DNA from: Eukaryota sp. TZLM1-RC
Taxonomy: Eukaryota; Protista; Metamonada: BaSk clade
NCBI GenBank assembly: GCA_040285825.1
Contig: JAUPSS010000002.1
Span: 2,170,001-2,234,000, forward strand
Reading direction: 5' to 3'
Length of the DNA: 64,000 bases
Both the position numbers and the translations under genes were made by a program. This document shows, in pieces, positions 1 through 14,700 of this stretch (the first letter of the stretch is position 1; each line of letters starts with the position of its first letter). Under the pieces are notes generated by a model that made no database searches, had not been told where the DNA came from, and was given only the letters and a program-made list of their open reading frames with translations.

Positions 1-2700
1 GTTAATTCAAATAGAGCAGAATCTTCAAGTAAAATTTCAGTGATTGAAGTATTAATAGAGGCAAAATCTTCCAAAACAAAACTAGAATCATCACTTAAAA
101 CTAATTTACTACTGGACAAGGTGATAGAAGAACTTTCATTTAAGTGAATAAAACCATTATTTGTAACAATTAAATCATTAATTTGATGAATAACCGATGA
201 ACCTCTACCATTAACCAAACCTCCGTCAATTTCAAAAAAATGGAGATAACATCAACATTGGCGGTTTCATCAAAAACAAGCAAAACCATCGGTAATTTTG
301 ATGGAAAGTGACTTGGTATCAGAATTATCAGTAAATTCAACACTTCCATCAATTAGTTTTTAGATTAGCATTTTCAATGGTGGAATCATCATGAAACTTT
401 GCAAAACTGTTTGAATCTACAATTAAATCACCATCTAAATCAAAGGTTCCAGCTACTTTCAATTGGGAATTAGGAGTTTTCATTAAAATATCTGAGTTTC
501 CATTAATTAAACCATCAGCTTCCACAATTAATTGATCATTAACATTTAGAATAGAGTCAACAGTAAGGAAGCCATTTAAAATTCTTGATGTGTGTTCAAG
601 ATTGAGAGAACCAGAATTCACAACAAACTCACCAGAATTATCAAATAAACAGTTGATTGTTAAATCAAAACCACAATTCTTGGAAACTTGGCCATTATTG
701 ACAAAGATAGAATTATCATCATTAGTAGATACTTTAGCATTTGAATCAACATCAATACTGAATACACCATTTGAATTAACTTCCAAACGAGCATTATTTA
801 AAAGGTTCAAATCATTAGTTAACCAATCAACACCACCAGATATTATAAGGAGATGGTTGTCAATTTCCCGAGATTTAGTGTTGAAAGATGAATTATCATC
901 AAAAATACCAGAATTAGTGACAAAAGTAGTGGAAACTTGAGAATCTGAAGAGAGCAAACCACTAGTCCAATGATAGTTTTCAGCTTGAATATCGGTATTT
1001 CCTGTTCTGGTTCCATCATAATGATTGAAAGTGGTGATCTGAACTGTATTTGGACAGCTGACATTAAATACAGAATCTTGAGTTAAATCAAGCACTAATA
1101 ACTCAAGATTACAATTATCATTGGTTAATTCAAATAGAGCAGAATCTTCAAGTAAAATTTCAGTGATTGAAGTATTAATAGAGGCAAAATCTTCCAAAAC
1201 AAAACTAGAATCATCACTTAAAACTAATTTACTACTGGACAAGGTGATAGAAGAACTTTCATTTAAGTGAATAAAACCATTATTTGTAACAATTAAATCA
1301 TTAATTTGATGAATAACCGATGAACCTCTACCATTAACCAAACCTCCGTCAATTTCAAAGATGGAGATAACATCAACACTGGCGGTTTCATCAAAAACAA
1401 GCAAACCATCGGTAATTTTGATAAAAAGTGACTTGGTATCAGAATTATCAGTAAATTCAACACTTCCATCAATTAGTTTTAGATTAGCATTTTCAATGAT
1501 GGAATCATCATGAAACTTTGCAAAACTGTTTGAATCTACAACTAAATCACCATCTAAATCAAAGGTTCCAGCCACTTTCAATTGGGAATTAGGAGTTTTC
1601 ATTAAAATATCTGAATTTCCATTAATTAAACCATCAGCTTCCAGAATAAATTCATCATTAATATTTAGAATAGAATTAACAGTAAGGAAGCCATTGAAAA
1701 TTCTTGATGTGTGTTGAAGATAAAGAGAACCAGAACTCACAACAAACTCACCAGAATTATCAAATAAACAGTTGATTGTTAAATCAAAACCACAATTCTT
1801 GGAAACTTGGCCATTATTGACAAAGATAGAATTATCATCATTAGTAGATACTTTAGCATTTGAATCAACATCAATACTGAATACACCATTTGAAATGACT
1901 TCCAAACGAGCATTATTTAAAAGGTTCAAATCATTAGTTAACCAATCAACACCACCAGATATTACAAGGAGATGGTTGTCAATTTCCCGAGATTTAGTGT
2001 TGAAAGATGAATTATCATCAAAAATACCAGAATTAGTGACAAAAGTAGTGGAAACTTGAGAATCTGAAGAGAGCAAACCACTAGTCCAATGATAGTTTTC
2101 AGCTTGAATATCGGTATTTCCTGTTCTGGTTCCATCATAATGATTGAAAGTGGTGATCTGAACTGTATTTGGACAGCTGACATTAAATACAGAATCTTGA
2201 GTTAAATCAAGCACTAATAACTCAAGATTACAATTATCATTGGTTAATTCAAATAGAGCAGAATCTTCAAGTAAAATTTCAGTGATTGAAGTATTAATAG
2301 AGGCAAAATCATCCAAAACAAAACTAGAATCATCACTTAAAACTAATTTACTACTGGACAAGGTGATAGAAGAACTTTCATTTAAGTAAATAAAACCATT
2401 ATTTGTAACAATTAAATCATTAATTTGATGAATAACCGATGAACCTCTACCATTAACCAAACCTCCGTCAATTTCAAAGATGGCGATAACATCAACACTG
2501 GCGGTTTCATCAAAAACAAGCAAACCATCGGTAATTTTGATGGAAAGTGACTTGGTATCAGAATTATCAGTAAATTCAACAGTTCCATCAATTAGTTTTA
2601 GATTAGCATTTTCAATGGTGGAATCATCATGAAACTTTGCAAAACTGTTTGAATCTACAATTAAATCACCATCTAAATCAAAGGTTCCAGCTACTTTCAA
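1..2700 (-). repeat. Coding tandem repeat, 1119-bp (373-aa) unit, about 2.4 near-identical copies
   Basis: CAAAGGTTCCAGC recurs at 441, 1560 and 2679. Identical small ORFs at 843 and 1962 are offset by 1119. Confidence 0.95.
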
Positions 2701-5700
2701 GCCACCATGATGTCCAGTGAACAAGAGATCACCATCACCCCACAAGATGGATCCACATTCAAAAGCGGCAACAGCACTGTCTACTGTTACTGTGGAAGAA
2801 CTAAGTTTGAATTTCGAAGAAGTAATTGACGTAACCGTAGTTGAAAAAAGAACATCAACATCGGAAAAAGAAACTAATCCGCTATTGGTCAGTTCAACAC
2901 CAAAACCAGCAGATGTAGAATCCAAAAACAATAGTTCAAAGGTATTGTTGAAAAAGGAATTCCCATCACCATTGATAACAAAATTATGACTAAAGCTGGA
3001 AACATTTCTATTAAGTATATTGGTGTTTTCCAAACTGATGGGTCCACTTGAAGTAACTGACAATGTACCATCACACATTAGCTCTAAATCATGCAAATGC
3101 TTATCGTTAGCGCTATCAAACACTAACGAACATGCTTCTGGCACCATCAAGTCTACTGCCAGAGATCCACCATGTAACTGATAAACGCCAAAATCTGTAA
3201 GTGTAAGCTGATCATTACCCTTGATTGAACTAATTCCTGATTGAATAATTGCAAACCCGGAGACAGTAATACCAGTGTTGAGTGATAAACTTGATTGACT
3301 ATACATTTCAAGGTTACAGAAAGAGAGACCAGGTAAAGAAACAGAACCTGTGTGAAAAGAAAGAGTACTCGTATCAAAAAGCTTTAGATCAAGGCAGCTT
3401 GCCTTGACATTAGCGTCTTCCTCTACTGTGAATTGGGTAGAGCCATATAAGCTGACATCTGAATTAGAGAAAATAAAATAAGAATTATTAGAAACAATAA
3501 CTGTAACATCTGTTAGAACAGCCTCATTAAGACTAGCAACTGATCCAGAACTAAATTCAACAGTTCCTCCAGTCAAATCCTCAAAAACAACATTAGAAAC
3601 AAAGGAATTTTCGTCAAAAAGAATAACACCATCTGTCATTTGCTCAATACGAAGAGTGTTGATGGTAACATCCTCCAGAACCAACATCCCACCAGACCCT
3701 TTAATCAAACCAACAGATACTTCAACAATATTTAAGTCATTTCCCAGTGTAATAACCTCATTGTCAATTAACTCTATTCGTAAGTAATCAGTGACATCAA
3801 TGTTTGGTGAAAACAACACAACTCCACCAGTATAAGAAAGATCTAGGCACTGAATGGTTGCGCTACGAAGATCTAATATTCCCGCACTTATTACAATGGT
3901 TCCAGGTAAACAAACCTGCAAATAGCCGTAAACGATGACATGAGATTGTTGCTTGGATAACACAAGATAATTTAAGGAACTAACTACACACTCAGAGTAA
4001 ATGAAAAATTCAGAATTGAAATAAATAATACCCAATTCTGTGTTATTGACAAAAGAAACATTACAAAAGGAGGGCGAGTTGAACGATAATTCATCAGAAT
4101 TAGTTACATTGCCATCAAACTTGGCAGCACCATTAAAGATTAAGTGACCTTCATCAATAACCAAATTACCAAAAATTTCTTGAATATAAACAACAGACAA
4201 CGATGAAGAGCCATCTGATATTTTTGATACAGTCGAGTTCACATTGACGAGAAGAGGTAAAGCATAGGCTTCAATCCCATCAGAAACTTTATCAATGTTG
4301 ACATTGCTAGAGATAGTAACTAAGTCATGAAATAGAAACCTGGCTTTGGACCCCATTACCAATTGGGCATCCTGCGAAAAAATAGTCATTGAATGTAAGT
4401 AAAGGGATAACGATCCAGAAAATTTGGACAATGATGATGTATTGATAACAGTTTCAGTGTGAGAGATTAATTGAGAATCATGAGTACCAGTAATATGCCC
4501 AGACTTCCAATCAAATGAAGTAAAAATTTGACAGATAGAATTATTAATTTGTAATTGCCCAGATTGAATTACAACATTATCAAAAGTAAAGGGTACAATG
4601 ATGTCAAGTAACTGCAGAGATGCACCGTCAAGACTAACACTATTACTAAAGCAAGATTTTGCATCAGAGTGGAATAGAAGAGATCCATCACCAATGATTC
4701 TAGAATTGAGACAGACAAAGCCTTCAGAAGAGAACGTAGAATCAAGAAGGTTAAATAATGAACTATCAAATCCATAAAGAGAGCTATAAGAGGTCAATAA
4801 CGCTGAACTACTAGATTCAAGTGTCAATGATGAATGAACATAGATCAGGCTTTCACCATTGAAAGATCTATGTAAAACAACATCTCGATTGAAAGAAGTA
4901 ATAGCAGGATCATAATTGTCAAAAAACCACTCCCATTGATATGGGACATTGCTGGAAACTTCTGAATAAGAAACGTTTCCTCTATTGACAAATGAAGGTG
5001 AAAAACTTTGAGAGAGAAAATGTCCATTATCTTGAATTACTAATGACCCAAAATTTTCAAACATGACATCAACTTCTCCAAGAATGCAAAAACTCATCAG
5101 GAAAACACCCTCATTAAAATAGCGACTTGAAGAATTCATAAATCTAACATCATTATTGTCAACGGAGGAGTTTGTATTAAGAACTTTCACTTGTACATCA
5201 TCTATGAAACCAAAAGCATTCCAGAAAAGATTAGACACCTCAACTTGATCTGAACCTCCGATATAACCTGCTAAAACAACTTCACTGATTGAAAATAGTG
5301 AATTTGAATTGAACAAAACTTGACCAACTATACTTGAAGAAAACAAACCTAAATAGTCGAATTCAACAGGTAAAACAGATAAAGAAAACTCTACCTTCAG
5401 CGAAATAACATCAAACGAAGAACGAGGGTCAATGTAATAGAGTCCACTAAAAACCAGGCCTATTGTTTCTGTACTTTCTCCAATGATATCAGTACTGGAA
5501 AATAGAATATCACTGGACTCGACAATGACTGGTGAAGCTATTGAATCGATAATCACTGAGTTATTGAACGTGTGTAGGATAGTATTTGCATATAGTGATA
5601 TTGGAAGGGTCATAATGATTATATCACATTGATCCAAAACTAGGTCTCCCTCAATGAAAGTGGCACCATTGCGAAATACAAGCTGATTGCAACTAGGGGT

Positions 5701-8700
5701 CACTAATGGTCCATTATTTTCGAAGAACACAAAGAAATTAAGAGATGCATCTGACAGAAGAGAAACAGAACCCAAATTCTCAATGGTACCAAAACCAGAA
5801 AACACAGTCTCTCCGTGAAATTCAATACTAGAGCTAGAGGAAAAAACAAGAGATGAACCGGATAGCAAATGTAAATGAGAATGATCATGGAAAACAGAAA
5901 CTGTACTACAATCAACGGTGAGGTGAGAGTCCTGCAAAAGGATACAATGTAGATCAAAGGTGGCTTCCTGGAAAGTGAAGTAGTCTAAAACCTTAACCTT
6001 GTTGCCTAATTTTCCTCCATTAAAGATAAGTTCAGATATGAAAACTTCATCCTCTCCTGCAAAATAAGACTCATTTGAGGACATAAACAATGTAGCAATA
6101 TTGATTCTGGTATTGCCCAAGCAGTTGAAATTACCAATCGCAAGTTCTTCAAAATGAACCATACCAAAAGAGACTATAGAATCTGTAGATAGATTTAAAA
6201 TTCCTAAATTGTGGATAAAAACGTCAAAAGAATTACTCTGAGTCAGAGTTCCATCAATTTCAATAGTACTCTGATTGATGTGAAAGGTACCATAGAAGGA
6301 GAAGTCAGGATTGATGATTTGTAAATCAGAATGTACCACATGGAAATCACCAAGGCCAGCAATTTCAGAATCAGTAATCATAGAGTCCGAGAGAACAACG
6401 AGGTTTCCATTGACAACTAGAGAATTTTGTATATTAGTCTCACTGTTGAGGTAGAGAAAAGCATGTTCCGAAACCAGTAACTCCCTAGACGACATAAACT
6501 CAATGTTGATAGACACATTTCCATTGGTGGTCAAAGAACCAGCATTCAACAATATGGGGCCAATAAGAGCAGATGCAACAGGAGAAAAGTGACTCATAAT
6601 GTCAGATACAACTTCTAGATAAGCGGAAGAAAGCACCTCCAATACAACAGCAGATTCAAAAAACAAATCAGTCCCAATTAATCCAGATGAGATTAATAAA
6701 AGATGAGATCCTTCCATTAACAATTTCAAATCATCAGAAGATGTAAACAGTGAATCTACAGAAATATTACCTTTTATATAACCACCATGGAAATTAAAAT
6801 AATTGATTGAAGCTGTTTCTGTTAGGAGAGAGGAAGTATCAGATAGGTTCAATAGTGCAATCGATAGATCACAATTCCATAAAAATTCAAAAACGGCGTC
6901 TTTTGAGAGTACAACAGAGTCGAAGGAAGGACAAGATGATGAAGCGTCATAAAACCCATCTTGATTAACAACAAAATCACCACCATCCAGTGTTAAATCT
7001 GATGGAGCAGAAGCAAGTGCATCACTTTCGAAAACAATAGTGCCTCTAGACAACAAAATCAAGCAGTTGTCTAAATTTGCCAGACTATTAGGCTTAAAGA
7101 CTAGGAGACCAACGTCAACAGCTAGATGGTCAAACACCAAGGTAGACCCATCATGAACATTTACTGTGCCATTGATAGATTCAATGTTGATGGAATTAAT
7201 AACATTACCAGAAAGAAAATCTATAGTACAATCAGCAGAAACTCCAGAGACAACTAAATAAGAAATAGATGAAGATTTTAGGGAAATTGCAGAGTTGCAA
7301 TCTTTGATGTGAAGAGTATCACCATTTAAACCAGAAAGAACCAAATCACCAAACACATCAGTAAATTCAATAGTAGTAAAACCATCATTAAAAAGGAAAG
7401 AACCTCCATAGTAAGAGAGCGAAAGAAGGTCATAAGATCCTTCTTGGATATCAAAAACTCCGTCCTTCAGTATGTAGTGAACACTTGACTGTCCATTAAT
7501 TGTTAAGTGGCTTTCAGGAGATAATAGCTCAACAAATCCGAACCCTGAAATAGAAGATTCAATTGTTAAATTAGTGCTAATATCAATGTGAGCACCTAAA
7601 TCAATATCTACCTCAGAGCAAACAGAAATACCCTGATCAAATAAAGCTCTACCAGACAAAATAATGAACTTATTGATATACAAATCCCATTCAAAAATGA
7701 TGGATTCAGAATCGATAATAAGCTCATCTGAAATATGTAACTCGGGATTGGATACATCAAAATTCTCAACATTAGAAATTAATGAACCATGGTTGAAAAT
7801 TTCCAAAGTCATTAAATGCAATTCGACGCCTGACTCACCAAAAACATCACCATCGATCCATTGTGAAACAAAGGCACTCGAGAGTGATGAATTTGACTTG
7901 AAAGTTTTATCTTCAGAACTAGCTATAGACAAAGAGTCGACATCAATGTTGAAAGATGAACGAAATTCACCCCCACTAAACTTTAATTCGTTTAAATGGA
8001 CATTGACAGACATAACGATGAAAAAACCTTGATTGAGGTGTATGGAATTCGTTGTAAAGTCATCAACATTGATCTCAAGAGTTCCCCCTGACACATCTAT
8101 AGGAGCAACCCCGGTGGACATCTCGGAAATATTGATAAAACTGAGTACGGAATCTGTAGGAATTGCAATGATTTGGGAGTTAGAGAAGATAGTAGAGTTG
8201 ACAACGAGATTTGTAAACAAAAGGTTAGTTGTGGCAATTGAAACAGAAGCATTGTAGAATTGACAATGATCCAAAGATAAATCTGATGCCACAACAACAT
8301 CACCAGATAACAAACAAAAGCCAGTAAGTTCTGAATGTCCAGAAATGACTTTAAATGAACCACCATTGTCCTGAACAAAGGCCCATTCAATTCGGTTGTT
8401 TGATAAAAACCTAGACTCGCCATAGTTGAAGAAAGTAGCATCTGGAGAAGAAGTTTTTAGTTGTGAATCTTCAAATTTGTTTCGTCCATAATTGTTAATA
8501 ATTCCAGATCCTGGACTGACCACTTCACCACTGAAAAAAGACTTACCGAACATGTCAATAGAAGTATCCGAGCCCAACTGTCCATTACTGGGATAATAAA
8601 CAGCTAATATAGCACCAGAGGTTATCACTAGAGCATTTTCGCCATATAAGGTCCCTGCAATCCATGTAAATTGACAAGTAATGTAAATATTTTGCATAAG

Positions 8701-11700
8701 TTCTAGATCAGCAGTTAAAGTAAAATCACAGAGACTAAAAGTTCCATTCAGAACTACCCTTACATTTCCATCAAGAATGAGCGAAAACTCAGAACACATC
8801 AACGTTAATGGACTGAATACCAAGGTTCCTTCAGTTCCAACGGTAGTATTCTTGAAGCAAACATAACCAAGGAAGGTTGCGACAGATGAAGGTGAAGGAA
8901 GTGACAAATAAGAAAACTCTGAGTGAAATTCTGAAAGAAATGGGAAAAACAGACTATCATCTACTTCCAATATAGATCCTTCGAAATTGTGAACTACTGT
9001 GTGTGGATCTGTAATGAATTGATTTGTGATTAGCGTGTTTGATTCAGGAACAGTAAAATCTACAGAATTGAGAAATTCCCAATCGATACGTAAGTCATTG
9101 CTGGATTCATCAATAACAAATGACCCAAGCAAGGATAATACAGGAAGATCACCATTATTCTCCACGGCAAAGTAAGCTCCATCATGAACAGCAAAAGCTC
9201 CATGAACAGTGAGAGTAACAAAAGAATCTGCAATCAGTTGGGTATTATCAAAAACAGTAAAATCATTGTTGGCAAGAAAAGACGTATGAGAGAGTAATTG
9301 CTTCAGCTCATCAGTGTGTAGAGCAACATCAGCATCGGAAGTAAGAACAGTAGAAGTAAAACCCCCTGCATTCCAAACAAATTCAGACTCAATGAGGACA
9401 TTGGTTTGGGATTCGATAAAACCACCATTTAGAACAAGAGAGTGTATAGCAATGTCAAAACCAGTGTCGAATAGACAAGCTCCATCAGATAAGAGTGTTA
9501 AATGTTCGATGGAGGAAGGAAAATTGACGAAATCGAAAATATGGACATTAGCTCCAATTTTCAACTTAAGATTACTTATAATTTCTGCTTCTGCTAAAAG
9601 GTATAGTGTACCAGGACCCGTAATGGTACAAGAGTGAAGAGAAAACACATTGGAAATACTAACAGTGCAAGAAGAATCAGAGATAACAATTGAAAAATCA
9701 GTCCCATCTAACAAACTAGATGGACTATGATCAAACGTAAAATCATGGTCACTGAAACTGATCGTAGTAGCTGATAAACAAGAAAAAAGACCATTAGAAA
9801 ATCCTCCCCCATGAATAAATAATTCTCCATCCAATAAATACAACGAATGAAGCTGTTCAAATGAACTAGCGATGGTAAACCTAGTTCCAGACGCTGTGAC
9901 ATTACCATAATTAGAAAAAGATGATGAAACAGACCCATCAATAAAAGCAGTTCCCAGAGCATTGAATTGAGCATTTGCTATATTAGTAATCACAGCAGAA
10001 GTGAGAGTTATTGTTCCTTCCAAATTAAATAATCCTTCATTAACTAATAACGATCCTGTTCGCATAGACCTAGAAGATCCAAAATTTAAGGCCAAGCCAA
10101 CTGCTGAATTAGTAACAACATGGTGAGAATTTGCCAACAAAGACCCTCCTCGAAATTCAAAAGTTTCAATAATTGAAACTTCGTCTAGACCTCCAGAATT
10201 ACCATCAATAATCACCAAGGAATAAACTGTAGCTAACCTTCCTGTATTAAATTGTGCAGTTCCCTCTTCCAAACGAATTTCGGTAACATTTAGGGGATTT
10301 AAAATGGAAGTGAATCGAACACTTCCCCTTTCCACGGTGACTTTCAAGCTACTATTAATGGAAGCATCCATGTCAAAATGAAGATGCCCATCAATAACTA
10401 ATACTCTGACCAGAGCATCAAACAAACCAGTTGTGTGGAGGTTGGCGCCTGAATCTACAGATACTTCACCATTGTGTGCATCAACATGGGAAAGATGGTC
10501 TAAATGGGAATCTTCAGTGGAGGACTCCCAACGAATATTACCACCAGACAGTTGAAAGAATCCATTACCTGACAAAAATGAAAAAGCTCTGAAGAGGCCA
10601 GCATTGGTGATAAAACTGCCTCTGTTAAATATTCCAAAGCAACTACGAACTGTTGAGGTTGGAGAATTAACCAGTAAAGTAGCTCCTTCTTCCACATTGA
10701 TAAGGGCATCACAAACACATGAAGAATCGCCAGAATCAGTGGGTGCACACTGCAATAGTACATCGTTGGCGAAAACCAAATAAGCTGAGTCCATCACATT
10801 AAAAGAAGAATCATCATAACCATTCATAATAGTGTCAGAAGCAAATGTGAGTTGATGGAATGAATTAATTTTAACTTGGTTCTTGATACACTTTGGAAAC
10901 GCTCCAGAAATAGAATTGAGTTTTCTGAAATTAACATTAAAATCTCCATCAAAGCAACCACCCATCCAAGTGAAAATGTCGTCAGAAAGAGGATCAGCAG
11001 CTTCAATCTCAATATTATCAGTACCCGTGATGACAGCAGAATTATCAAGAACACCATGGCCGGGAAATAGAACAGTGTCAAAGCCAGTAGTGAATGTAAC
11101 TATCGAAGATTCATCAAAATGGAAATTCTCAATATCAACAACTTGATTATCTAATGAGTTATAGTGAAGTCTGGCATCTCCAAGCAGGTGAGTAAACTTT
11201 TTCTTATAAACTGAAGGTCCTTGAAATGTAACTGTACCAATGGAGTAGGATAGGAGAGAAGTGTTGAACACTCCTTCAATGAAGACATTAGTAGTACTGG
11301 TAAGAGGTTGGAACTCCGACGGATCGGGAAATGATGGATTAAGAACTTCGAAATAACGAGAAGTAGGGAAAAATTGAAATTCAGAATAATTGTCGTCAGC
11401 TTTAGAAAAAAAGATACTACAACCTGTGGAAATAATGAAATCAGCATAAACAGAAAGAATTCTATGTGCATTGATTATACCCATATTGTGCTCAAACTCA
11501 GTTTCAATTATAACATGACAATTCCAAACTCGGTCATGGCTATCCTCAGTCTGAGAAAGAGTTCCATTGAACAAAATAAAGGGCAGATCAGCAATTGGGC
11601 CAGGAGTAGAGTAGAATAGATTGGCTTTGAGTGTTACCTCTCCTTCGACAATAATCGACGAGGAATCTACCAAAGAAAGACTGTTCTCAGAATCAATAGT

Positions 11701-14700
11701 TAAAACACTTCCAGGTAAAAACACAATTGAAGCGGTATCTGAAATTCTCTTTTGACTAGGAGAAGAGTTATAGGGAGAGGAAACACAAGTGCCTATGAAG
11801 CCAGTCTTGACAACATATACAGTGGCATGATCAACAATTTCCCCACACAACCAAGTGAAGTCATCAACATAAATATCATCAATACCGGATTTCATACCAC
11901 CAGCAAGAAGTAAAGTGGAGAAATTCAGAGTATGGCTTGTTGAGAACATAGCTTCTCCATTATAAATCTCAATGACGTCAAAAGTTAAGGGTTCAGTGGT
12001 AGTATCAACCTTGACAAACTCATCAGACTTTAAATACAGGGACCGAAAACTAAAATCGTCTGGTAATCCAAAAATATCAAGAAAGGAATGTGTAGAAATA
12101 TCCATTAAATCGAAAACAAAACTTCCATATAAGGGTTGAGAACTGTCTACAACTATATGTGCTCGATCTGTTAAAATAAACTCCGAAATTTCAATCTGGG
12201 CAGAAGGATAAAACAACCAATGTCCAAAATCTTGTTCAAAGGAGGGGTGAATATTGAAAATACCATGGAAATTGACACTAACTCCTCCCCATTCGGTTGA
12301 ACTATCCCAGACCCATTCGTACATTTTGATCTCCCCATCACCATGAGATTCCGAGTTATCGGTAAACAAATGTTCATACTGGTGGAGGTAAAGAAGAGAT
12401 TGGTCCGCAAGATGAATAAAACCATCGGACACTAAGTGACCATCAAGTACCACTTTGGTAGATAAATCTTGAGTGTAATGATGGTAATTGTTAAAATCCA
12501 AGATAAATAAAAAATTAGTTGATGATTCAGTAAAATGAGTGTAACCATAGTTATTAAAAGTTGACTCTGAAGGAGTGTCCGGCATTGGAACAACATTCAA
12601 ATCACTAACAAAATTCAAAACCGCATCAGTAACAACATTAATTTCAATGGGACCAACTAGCCAGAGATCACGGGAACCACCAACAACACCCGAATCATGA
12701 ATCGACAATTGAGTATAATACAAAACACGTTGAAGATCTGCCTCGGAATACAAATGGTTCAAAACATGAAGATGATAGACAGCCACAGTACCACCATACC
12801 AGTTAAAATAATCAGAATTTACGAGATCAGTACCAAGAATTGTCGAATGATTCCAGCTATCATAATCGATTGTATTTCTGTGTTGGGGAAGTAAAAAGTA
12901 ACAATCCTTCGCAAAGACGTCTCCTGATGGAGGAAGAGTCATGTTGATAAATCCAAGATCTACATCATGCCCAGTTTCAAACTCGACAAAACCATATTCT
13001 ATGTTGATACCTTCACTAGTCCAGGGATTTGCAAAATTCGAAAGAATTAAAGATCCACCTTGTTTAATGGTAATAACTGGTAGGAAAAGGTTAAAATCGT
13101 GGTCAAACACATGCAACATTCCGCCATTGAAATCGATAATAGGAAGATCAAGATGGTATCTTGAATTCTCACTAAATAGTCTTCCACAAGGGTTCAGAAT
13201 TACAGAGAGGGTTGTGAAGGTACTACCATCACCTAAGGGATCAAGAGAAGGTCGCTTAAACCATTGGGGTCTAAAGAGATTGAGTTCACAATTCTCCAAG
13301 GTTATATCATTAAAAGGAAATCGTGATAACGGAAACAGTTCAAATCTACCATGATTTTGAACTAATTGCTCGTGAACATTGAAAAGGCCGTGCACTTGAA
13401 CCCAAGCACCATCTTCTCTGAAATCCAAGCTACAGGAAGGACAATTGACTGAAGAATCAGGAGTGAATATATGACGAGTTCTCCATTGAATATATGTTAG
13501 ATCTGAATTGAATGCTAATTTGCAATTGGGAGAGAGATCAATAGCGGTATCTATCAAACCACCCCCTCTACCAAGAGAAAGTTCAAAATCATGAACTTCC
13601 ACAACAGAATTGAACTTAAAATCAACTCTCCAATCAATAATACGACGAATAGAAGCACTGTGAAAGTATAATTCTCCATGATTTTCCAAGAACGCGTGAC
13701 TGGCATTATAAGGAGATGAGAAAAAGACATCCCCAATGACCTCGGTTCTATCCATTGATTGAATACCGCCATTGGACCTACCATAAATAATACCATTTCC
13801 AACATCAATAGTACAATTAACACGTGTAACTAATACACCTACATTGAACCTTTTGGTTGTGGAAGTTGTTAGGTATGCGGGGTCTAAGGAATCAGTAGTA
13901 CCACCACAGAAGCAACCACCCATCATATCAGTTCCATTGTAAACTGTTAAATAATCTATTCCTGTTCTAATTGCACCATATTGAACCATTAGCAAAGAAT
14001 CCATGTGAACTTGTTGAAGAGTGTTTAGAACTAACGATCCTCTATTAATTTCTATATCAAACAAAGTTGGTTCAAAGTCAAATCTATGTAATGTAACTAT
14101 AGATCCAGATCGAATTGAGAAGGAAGGTACCGAGAACACACTGGACAGGTCTCTAATGGTATAATTACCACCCCTAGGTTGAAAGTCATGGGTAATAAAG
14201 GCGTCAAGGTTAACAACACGAACAACTGCATTGCCTGCACCGTAAAAGGTACCAACTTCAACATGATTTTCAATATTCTGTAGTAAAACATCAGCGTTAA
14301 ACTGGGTATTTAATTCAGGAGCATCAAAAGAATCAAAATTCAAAACATGAAGCCCTCCAGTAACTTCTATTTTGCTATCAACATGAAGTTCATTGAGGGT
14401 ATCCATAGTTAAGAAGCCTGGAAATTTACACTCCAGATCAGGCCAGTGAATAGAATGACCGATGTTGTATATAAAAGAATCACCACCAGTCACAAATATA
14501 CCATTAGCAATAGATAAAGTGTTTAACCAAATGTCAATCCAAACATAGGCATCATCGCAATTAACTTCGAGAATATCGTTCACAATGAGAGAATCACGGA
14601 GGTTATCCAAAATGAAAGTACCACAAACTGTTAGTTTTTCGGGAACAACAACGCTTGATACATGATCAAAATCTAAATGATGGTCATTTTCAATGGTTAA

